Shown here: positions 28,814 to 36,095 of the stretch, one piece after another
Layout of the letters: every line of letters begins with the position of its first letter
Numbering within the stretch: position 1 is the stretch's first letter
Assembly: GCA_021827715.1 (NCBI GenBank)
Contig: JAKAUO010000019.1
Location: 3,290 to 67,289, forward strand
Length of the DNA: 64,000 nucleotides
Source: a bacterium
GTDB taxonomy: Bacteria > Babelota > Babeliae > Babelales > Babelaceae
Direction: 5' to 3'
Program-made: the position numbers and the translations under genes
Notes under the pieces: generated by a model
The model's input: the letters and a program-made list of their open reading frames with translations, nothing else
What the model was told of the DNA's origin: nothing
Database searches by the model: none

Positions 28814-30535
28814 ATGAAAATAATACAAAAATATTTATGCATAGCCGTCGCTCTCAGCACCTTTACGCTGCTGCCTGACCAGGCAATCAGCCAGAAATAT
28901 CCCTCTCTTGAGCCGGAATTAGTAGCTAAACTTAATGTCACTGATGAATACCTATTAGCCGATTTACTGTGCTACGCATCTCATTCTTATATCGGTTATC
29001 CCATAATAGATATCGACAATTTTATTCCCATCATTACCCATATTTTAAAAAATAATAAAGCCACGTTTATCTCAAGTTGCGCAAAATACAACAGCCATAT
29101 AGTTACTTTATTTTATACTATTCTCTTAGCTGATCAGGCACCGCTAGAAAAAAAATATAAAATTACAGAAGAATTTGGTACTCTTTGCAGTAAGCATAAA
29201 GACTTTTTTGATGCTTTTATCAAACATATCCCCTCAAAACATTTTGCCTATAATACTTCACAACCCAGAGAGCTACTATCTTTCTTATTACAGAATAAAA
29301 ATATCCTAGAGCTTTTTTTAGTTGAAGTTAAAAGCAAAATTAATACTATACACATTAAAAAATTTCTTATCTTAGAATTTTCACGTAAAGAATATCCGCT
29401 CGAGTTCTTTTTTGAAGAAACAAAAAAAGAACTTTTTAAGCCGATTCTCCATCTTATTCAAGAGCAAAAAAAGATCAAAGAACAACTCAATGACTTAATT
29501 CAAAAACAAAATACGCTCTCTTGTTCTCATGCAATCTTAACAAAAAATAATTTTTTGCAAGAAGTTATCAATTCACAAAGCGGTAAGCAATTGCTTCAGG
29601 CCCTGCAAACAGAAAAAAACCTTACCACTAAAAGACATGTCTGTTTTTACCATGCCCAAAGTCGCCATTTTTCGATTGTATCTGATATTGCAAATGCCCT
29701 TTTTTATGCCTTATTACAGAAAAAAGAGTATCCAGATTTCTTTTTTATGCAATTCCGACCACATGATTTCACCACAGTCCAAAAACTCATACGAAAAAAT
29801 ATTGCACAAAATACGGTAATCTCTGATATAAAAAAGGAACATAAAAAGTTACTCAAAGGATGTATTAACGGTGAATTCAGAAAACCTTGGCAACTTTCAT
29901 TGAATTTATTTGTTTTAGGCAATAGCAACCAACCAGGCGCGCAAACCTTTAATTATTTAGAATCCAATTACAATTGCAGCTATCCTCATGATGGGATCAT
30001 TGAAACTATTTTTGAAAATTTTAATATCCCTCGATCAATTTTTGAAAAATATACTATACGTATAAAAGAGTTACAAGAAGAGGCTTGCGATATCTATGCA
30101 ACCGGCCGCCTTATAGTCTTTGCCATTCCTAAAAAAATTGTGAATAACGTTGCCTATATAGCTGGACATGATGTTGATCAAGGACGCTATGACTATAAAG
30201 AAACCCCTTCATTTGATAATAAAAAGATTAAATCTGTTACAAAATTGATTGATTTTGTTAAACAGGGAACATCTCTTAAGGCCCACTTTCCCGTTATTGA
30301 TGAACTTGAATATGTTCTTTCATTAACGCCTGCAAGCGGGCTTAATCCCCATATTGGCATAAAGATGTTTGCTTTTGACGGTGAACCTTTTAATGCTCAT
30401 GCTGCAAAGAAATTAAAAGCGGATACCAATGATCTTGTACAAGCTCTTATTTCCGACTTGCATAAACATAATCTCTTAAAAGAGTGCCGAGCCCTAGCCC
30501 AAGAATTTGATAAGTTATTGGTCGCTTGTGCGTAA
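28814..30535 (+). CDS. secreted protein of unknown function, paralog B (573 aa from MKIIQKYL)
   Basis: Start set at the ATG that parallels paralog A (tattttATGAAAATA in both). Same conserved blocks. Confidence 0.7.
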   Translation: MKIIQKYLCIAVALSTFTLLPDQAISQKYPSLEPELVAKLNVTDEYLLADLLCYASHSYIGYPIIDIDNFIPIITHILKNNKATFISSCAKYNSHIVTLFYTILLADQAPLEKKYKITEEFGTLCSKHKDFFDAFIKHIPSKHFAYNTSQPRELLSFLLQNKNILELFLVEVKSKINTIHIKKFLILEFSRKEYPLEFFFEETKKELFKPILHLIQEQKKIKEQLNDLIQKQNTLSCSHAILTKNNFLQEVINSQSGKQLLQALQTEKNLTTKRHVCFYHAQSRHFSIVSDIANALFYALLQKKEYPDFFFMQFRPHDFTTVQKLIRKNIAQNTVISDIKKEHKKLLKGCINGEFRKPWQLSLNLFVLGNSNQPGAQTFNYLESNYNCSYPHDGIIETIFENFNIPRSIFEKYTIRIKELQEEACDIYATGRLIVFAIPKKIVNNVAYIAGHDVDQGRYDYKETPSFDNKKIKSVTKLIDFVKQGTSLKAHFPVIDELEYVLSLTPASGLNPHIGIKMFAFDGEPFNAHAAKKLKADTNDLVQALISDLHKHNLLKECRALAQEFDKLLVACA

Positions 30536-30556
30536 TTTGATTTTTACTTATTAGAT

Positions 30557-30599
30557 GGATCCTGAATCAAGTGGTGCGAAGCGCACTGTTTTAGGATGA
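30557..30599. repeat. GC-rich nested hairpin element between convergent genes
   Basis: Inner GTGCG-AAG-CGCAC (30574-30586) and outer ATCCTGAA / TTTAGGAT arms. Confidence 0.45.
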
Positions 30600-30612
30600 C
30601 ACACTTTGTTAA

Positions 30613-31068
30613 TTAAAATCCCAATTTAAAGCCTCTATCTGCCCACAGATGGGAAAAGACCCCTGCTAAAAAGAAAAGCATATTATAGGCCATTTTAATG
30701 GTATATGCCGGATAATACATATGCGTAGCAACGATAGCAGAGACTCCCAGGAAGATTAAAAAAATAAGAGAATGAAATAATGTGCGATGATGCACCATTA
30801 AAGGTATGCAGGCGAATATCCCCATTGCCGTGGCTGCGCCATATTGTTTGGTGTACGCAAGCAGCACCAATAATACAAAAAAGAAAATATACAAAATTCT
30901 TTGGATTTTACTTTTTGTATCAATGTCAGGAAAAAGCGCACCGATAAGTGTGTACATAAGCAATTCAATCTTCCGTTCAAAGCCAAGCGGTCCTAAAAAA
31001 AGAATCAAATATATTGCTACCATATATGATAAAAATCCAACAAATAAATGTGTTTTATGCTGTGGCAT
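30613..31068 (-). CDS. membrane-bound metal-dependent hydrolase, YdjM/DUF457-like
   Basis: THLFVG, FPDIDTKS, HRTLFHS, SHLWAD motifs in a 4-5 TM protein. Confidence 0.6.
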   Translation of the reverse strand: MPQHKTHLFVGFLSYMVAIYLILFLGPLGFERKIELLMYTLIGALFPDIDTKSKIQRILYIFFFVLLVLLAYTKQYGAATAMGIFACIPLMVHHRTLFHSLIFLIFLGVSAIVATHMYYPAYTIKMAYNMLFFLAGVFSHLWADRGFKLGF

Positions 31069-32164
31069 CGTATGGCTCCGTTACCAATTTCATAAGCGTT
31101 GTCCCTGGATAATAATAATCCAATATCTCTTTAAATAAAAAACCCTGCTTGGCCATGGTACGCACGCCCCATTGGCATACTCCCATATGATGCCCAAAGC
31201 CCTTGCCGGTAAAAATAATATTTTTACCCTCTTTTTTTATGGTATAACAAAAACTTCTGACATCCTTGCATAATCGATACATGAGTGTCCCTGAAATTTT
31301 TTTGTGAAACCTACCGGCTTTAACATTTACCTGCATAACTTTACCCGCTTTATCTGATTCATGCACATGGATCTCTTTTATAAAAGATAGATCAGGAAAC
31401 TCTTGCTGCAAAATGGTTACGAGTAATTCCTGAGGATAAACAATCTTCCAATTATAAAGTTTACATTCCGTACAAAAAGTACAGGCATAAGGGCGCGCCA
31501 AATAAGGGTTACTCTTAAAATCGAAGCCCGATATATGCGCCGGAACAATCCCGCCGCAACAGGAATCATACATGGCAACAATAGGTTCTTTATTATACGT
31601 TATAATGATATCATGCGTCTCATTCACCGCTTGCAAAAGGTGTTCAAAATCATGGACACCTTTATAGGTCTGATGAATATTAGTGGCTTTAATATCAAAA
31701 AGCTGTTTTTTCTTTGATTTTTTAGCCACCATCATTTTATGTACAGCATAGGTGCGTACCATAATGGCAAAGACTTTATTCACCTCAAGGGGCCAACCTG
31801 GCCAGCTTTCAGAACGCAAGACACTATATACATACTCATCTAACGAAATATTATTAATAACATACCAATGGTTATCCTGAATAATTAAGGCTATCTGGCC
31901 CGCATACACAATATCCTGGTACCGGCAACGATTATCATCCGCACTTATTCGTACGGCTTTTTTTCCTAATGGCTTACCATTACAAAACAGGCTTCCCTCT
32001 GAATAAAGGCATAAAAAACTTTTTTTTGACGTGGTAAAGTGCCATTCAGAAGATTCATTGAGTTCGCCTTCAGCTAATAATACACGAACATTCCCCTGAG
32101 CAAGCACCGCGCCACAAAAGAATACCCCGACAATGAGTTTAAGCATGATCAACCAGAGGTTCAA
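31055..32164 (-). CDS. SpoIID/LytB-domain protein (peptidoglycan-remodelling)
   Basis: Signal peptide. YDSCCGG and GFGHHMGVCQWG, characteristic of the SpoIID family. Confidence 0.75.
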   Translation of the reverse strand: MNLWLIMLKLIVGVFFCGAVLAQGNVRVLLAEGELNESSEWHFTTSKKSFLCLYSEGSLFCNGKPLGKKAVRISADDNRCRYQDIVYAGQIALIIQDNHWYVINNISLDEYVYSVLRSESWPGWPLEVNKVFAIMVRTYAVHKMMVAKKSKKKQLFDIKATNIHQTYKGVHDFEHLLQAVNETHDIIITYNKEPIVAMYDSCCGGIVPAHISGFDFKSNPYLARPYACTFCTECKLYNWKIVYPQELLVTILQQEFPDLSFIKEIHVHESDKAGKVMQVNVKAGRFHKKISGTLMYRLCKDVRSFCYTIKKEGKNIIFTGKGFGHHMGVCQWGVRTMAKQGFLFKEILDYYYPGTTLMKLVTEPYDATA

Positions 32165-32621
32165 GAGATTTGGGTAAATAAATTTTCTGATCTAAAGCTT
32201 TGTTAGCAAGCATATCGGCATGGGTATTATGCGCACGCAAGACATGCGTCACTCGATGAGGGATCGTTTTTAATATATTTTTTGCACGCATAAAAAGTTT
32301 CTGCAAAATTGGGTCTTTTACTCGATAATGGCCATTAATTTGTTTAACTAACAGCTCAGAATCAGAAACAATAAGTAACTCGTCTGACAGTGTGATATGG
32401 TTAACCACAAAATGAAGTCCTATTAATAATGCTGCATATTCAGCCTGATTATTAGTTTTTTTTCCAATATAATATCCATGCTCTTCAAGTATCAGGTCAC
32501 CGGCTTTTATAACACATCCAACAGAGGAATACCCAGGGTTGCCACGCGATGCACCGTCAATATAAAGACTAATGCTTTTTTTTAAGACAGGCTTGGAGGG
32601 AAAAAGAGACATTTGATTCAT
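32139..32621 (-). CDS. rnhA: ribonuclease HI-family protein
   Basis: DEDD residues in DGASRGNPG, NNQAEYAAL, SDSELLV, HNTHADMLAN. Confidence 0.8.
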   Translation of the reverse strand: MNQMSLFPSKPVLKKSISLYIDGASRGNPGYSSVGCVIKAGDLILEEHGYYIGKKTNNQAEYAALLIGLHFVVNHITLSDELLIVSDSELLVKQINGHYRVKDPILQKLFMRAKNILKTIPHRVTHVLRAHNTHADMLANKALDQKIYLPKSLEPLVDHA

Positions 32622-32624
32622 ACA

Positions 32625-33326
32625 TCAGATAGGTGTATAGAGTAACCGAAAACAATTTTGGCACGGAACCAGCTTATGCTTGCGAATACTGACCAAGTCT
32701 TGCGTGGAAATTGCATTAAAACAGGCCGAGCAGGCATTTTTATCAACCGGCACTACCGGATTTTCAATCATCTCTTTCATAGAAACAAATTTTTCAAGCA
32801 TATCGGGGTTTACATGATGTTTAAGTTCATCATAAAGAGCGGTATGTTCTTCCAAAATAGTTTTTTCCGCTGCTATAGTTTGATCAATCTGCGCAGTTTG
32901 CTCATGCGCTTGCGCACGTGCGGTAACCATCTGAAAATCTGTTTCACCCATTTTTTTTTCGAGAGTTTCATAGGTTTCAAAAAGATCAAAAAGTTTATTT
33001 TCCTGAGTATCGATATCCTGTGCGATAGTTTTAAGCTCAGTTTCTAAAGAAAAATATTCTTTTGGAGAACTCGATGATTCTAATTTATTTTTTAATGAAC
33101 GTTGACGGTCACGTAATATTTTTATTTCAAGCTCCTGCGCATCGAGATTTTTTTTAGCGGTATGCGCTTTAAGCTGCGCATCTTTCAATACCTCTTCAAG
33201 TTTCTTAAGATCATCAATGAATGTCTGCCTATTAAAAGAAAGCTGCGCTATTTTTTTCTGACTTTGCAGGATAGCAGCATCTTGGGTTACAAAGGCAAGA
33301 AAGGTGAAAAATGGATCTGAGTTCAT
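32625..33326 (-). CDS. coiled-coil protein with a C-terminal C4 zinc ribbon (COG1579-like)
   Basis: Long heptad region, then CSACFNAIS...CQNC. Confidence 0.7.
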   Translation of the reverse strand: MNSDPFFTFLAFVTQDAAILQSQKKIAQLSFNRQTFIDDLKKLEEVLKDAQLKAHTAKKNLDAQELEIKILRDRQRSLKNKLESSSSPKEYFSLETELKTIAQDIDTQENKLFDLFETYETLEKKMGETDFQMVTARAQAHEQTAQIDQTIAAEKTILEEHTALYDELKHHVNPDMLEKFVSMKEMIENPVVPVDKNACSACFNAISTQDLVSIRKHKLVPCQNCFRLLYTPI

Positions 33327-33365
33327 ACTATTTCTCTATTTTTATGTCACATGAGGACTTAGATT

Positions 33366-33445
33366 CCGGTTCAAGCCCGGAAGGACACCTATCAGTAGCT
33401 AGGTGTAGGATGGCCTGCCATCCGGAGCTCCGAAGGAGCGCAGGA
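33366..33445 (-). repeat. GC-rich multi-hairpin trailer abutting the CCA end of the tRNA
   Basis: Four consecutive hairpins: CCGG-7-CCGG (33366-33380), ACACCTA-8-TAGGTGT (33385-33406), GGATGG-CCTG-CCATCC (33408-33423), GCTCC-GAA-GGAGC (33427-33439). Confidence 0.6.
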
Positions 33446-33522
33446 TGGTGGGCCCACCAGGACTTGAACCTGGGACCTTTCGGTTATGAGCCGACTGCTC
33501 TGACCGACTGAGCTATGGGCCC
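33446..33522 (-). tRNA. tRNA with CAT anticodon (resembles tRNA-Ile2/lysidine type; could be Met), CCA encoded
   Basis: Reverse complement reads GGGCCCATAGCTCAGTCGGTCAGAGC...CTCATAA...GGTTCAAGTCCTGGTGGGCCCACCA. Resembles E. coli ileX by memory. Confidence 0.8.
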
Positions 33523-33563
33523 TTCCAACATGATGTTATACTACCGTATTTTCTTTTTATTGT

Positions 33564-34574
33564 CTAACGTGCCCCTATAAGAAAATCTTTAATGCGGTTG
33601 CTATATGCCCATTCATTATCGTACCACCCATATAACCTTACTAATGAGCCTGCACTAACGGTCATGGTGGTATCAAAAATAACTGAATGGCTATTACCCA
33701 TGAAATCGCTTGAAACTAAGGGCTGATAAGAAACTGAAAGTATATTTTTTAAAACGGTCCGGGAAGCCTCGGCAAACCATTCATGCAGGGTATCTACTGC
33801 CACAGGCTTTTCTAATAAAAAAGTAACATCTGCCAAAGAAACCACCGGTATAGGCACCCGTAAAGCGCTTGCTGAAAGAATATTTTTATACTCGGGAAAC
33901 ACTGCAGCTATAGATACGGCAGCGCCGGTAGAAGCGGGAATAATATTTAACGCTGCGGCTCTGGATTTACGTACATCCTTATGTCCAGGATTAACATCGA
34001 GCAATGTCTGTGTATTAGTATAAGCATGCACTGTTGAAGCTAACATCTGGTTAATATGAGTATGCATCTTCATAACATGGATAAGAGGAACCATAGCGTT
34101 AGTAGTGCAACTTCCTAAGGAAATAATAGTATGTTTTTGAGCGTCATAGTGCGATTGATTGACCCCCATGACAATGGTGATATCCTCGCCGTGCGCTGGA
34201 GCTGTAATAACTACCTTTTTTGCGCCACTTTTAATATGTTGTTGAGCATCTTGTGCATGGGTATAATGTCCCGTAGCATCAACCACAAAATCAATCTGTA
34301 GATCGGCCCATGGGAGTTTTGAAGCATCTGTTTCTTGCAAGAGGATAATCTTAAAGTTATCAATCATAAGAAGGCCATCTTTGACAATCACCGGTTTTGT
34401 GTATGCGCTCAAAAGAGAATCATAAGCAATCATATAAGGAACTTCTTCAATATAGACATTGCCGATATTTATGGCAACCAGGGAAAATTTCTTATGTGCT
34501 TGACTATCTTGTAAATATGCGTGAAGAAAATTTTTGCCTATTCTTCCAAAGCCGTTAAGGGCTACTTTTTTCAT
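33564..34574 (-). CDS. gap: glyceraldehyde-3-phosphate dehydrogenase
   Basis: NGFGRIGKNF. Catalytic SCTTN. 336 aa. Confidence 0.92.
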   Translation of the reverse strand: MKKVALNGFGRIGKNFLHAYLQDSQAHKKFSLVAINIGNVYIEEVPYMIAYDSLLSAYTKPVIVKDGLLMIDNFKIILLQETDASKLPWADLQIDFVVDATGHYTHAQDAQQHIKSGAKKVVITAPAHGEDITIVMGVNQSHYDAQKHTIISLGSCTTNAMVPLIHVMKMHTHINQMLASTVHAYTNTQTLLDVNPGHKDVRKSRAAALNIIPASTGAAVSIAAVFPEYKNILSASALRVPIPVVSLADVTFLLEKPVAVDTLHEWFAEASRTVLKNILSVSYQPLVSSDFMGNSHSVIFDTTMTVSAGSLVRLYGWYDNEWAYSNRIKDFLIGAR

Positions 34575-36013
34575 ACTATTTCTTTCATGGTAAGACGTTC
34601 ATGCACACTATTTTTTACTGGTGGCTCGCTAGGCAGATCTTTACATGCCTGAGCTAATGCACGCTCGGTAAGTTCTTTAATAGTCTGCAACCCTTGCACA
34701 GTAAACGCTTCATAACGAACGCATAAAGCGGGTTGCGTGTTAGATACGCGAATAAGGCCCCAACTGTCTTGATCTTCAAAGCGTATCCCATCCTCAAATG
34801 AAAGAGTATAGGATGTGTTTGCGGCTACATATTTTTTTATATTTTCAATTACCTGAGCCTTTTGATCATCTTTGCAAAAAATACGCATTTCAGGAACACT
34901 ATGCGTTTGGGGAAACTGAGATACCAAATCAGTAAGATTTTTTTGTTTAGTATGCACGAGACGTAATAGGCGCAAAAAGGCATAAATCCCGTCATCATAT
35001 CCAAAATATTCGTCGGCAAAAAAGAAGTGGCAACTTAATTCACCACCTAAAAGAGCGCCATGCTCACGCATAGCTGTTTTTATAATAGAATGGCCCGAAG
35101 GCGACCTGAAATAACGGCCCCCATATTTTTTGATCGTATCGGGAACCATCAGCAAACATTTACTATCAAAAATAATTTTTGCTCCGGAGCGCCGTGATAA
35201 TACATCTATTGCAAAAAGTGATAATAACTGATCTCCGGCAAGCAGCGTTCCCTCTTGTGTGATTGCTGCCATACGGTCACCATCACCATCAAAACCCACT
35301 GCTAAAAAAGCATTATTTTTTTTAACTTCTTCGATCACATGAAGCATATTTTCTAATTCAACAGGATTTGCTAAATGATTCGGGTAAGTACCATCAACCG
35401 CTTCACATAAAATAGAAACAGTTGATAACCCTACCGCTTCAAGCACATCACGCAGGAGAGACCCTACCGCACCATTACCACAATCAGCTAAAATGGGTTT
35501 ATCAAAGTTTTTCAAATCAGAAAAAGCGGTGGCCATATATTCACAATATTGTTGTTGCAAAGTGACGCGTTGATACAGTCCCGCGCCGCGAGCAACACTT
35601 TTTGCTTGTTGCAGATACAATTTTTGAATCTCTTGAATTTCATCACCCCATATTGAATTTTTCCCTAAACACATTTTCAGTCCATTATATTCAGGGCCAT
35701 TATGAGAAGCGGTAATCATAACCGCAGCATCATAGGCATGAGTATGTGTTGCAAAATAAACCAATGGCGTAGGACAAATTCCTGTATCATCTATCTGAAA
35801 ACCAGAATCAAATAATGCTTGTACAAATTGCCGATGTATCTCGGGTGAATGGGTGCGGCCATCTCTTCCCAGGATAATTCTTTTTGCTTGCGGGTTTTTT
35901 TGAAGAACATATGCAGCAAAAGCCCGTCCGAGAGTATACATGTGCGCAATAGGAAACTCATGCGTTACTGTTCCACGTATATCATAGTGTCTAAATGCAT
36001 TAGGGGCAATCAT
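34571..36013 (-). CDS. phosphomannomutase/phosphoglucomutase
   Basis: TASHNGPEYNGLK (phosphoserine loop), GFDGDGDR (Mg site), GGELSCH. Confidence 0.85.
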   Translation of the reverse strand: MIAPNAFRHYDIRGTVTHEFPIAHMYTLGRAFAAYVLQKNPQAKRIILGRDGRTHSPEIHRQFVQALFDSGFQIDDTGICPTPLVYFATHTHAYDAAVMITASHNGPEYNGLKMCLGKNSIWGDEIQEIQKLYLQQAKSVARGAGLYQRVTLQQQYCEYMATAFSDLKNFDKPILADCGNGAVGSLLRDVLEAVGLSTVSILCEAVDGTYPNHLANPVELENMLHVIEEVKKNNAFLAVGFDGDGDRMAAITQEGTLLAGDQLLSLFAIDVLSRRSGAKIIFDSKCLLMVPDTIKKYGGRYFRSPSGHSIIKTAMREHGALLGGELSCHFFFADEYFGYDDGIYAFLRLLRLVHTKQKNLTDLVSQFPQTHSVPEMRIFCKDDQKAQVIENIKKYVAANTSYTLSFEDGIRFEDQDSWGLIRVSNTQPALCVRYEAFTVQGLQTIKELTERALAQACKDLPSEPPVKNSVHERLTMKEIV

Positions 36014-36095
36014 GAATCTCCTTTGGGTAAGATAGCTGTGATAAAGTTCTAACGTATCATTTTAAAAATTGCAAGATCATGATAAACTTCTGCGT

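Noticed and set aside
28790-30535. C-terminal ...KMCA / ...VACA of the tandem paralogs as a eukaryotic prenylation (CaaX) signal
   Set aside because: The Cys is at position -2, not -4. Neither CaaX nor the CC/CXC Rab motifs are matched.
33311-33511. 66-aa plus-strand ORF (…ACHPELRRSAGWWAHQDLNLGPFGYEPTALTD)
   Set aside because: It lies entirely across the GC-rich hairpin trailer and the antisense of the tRNA(CAT) gene. It is open only because of the local GC richness.
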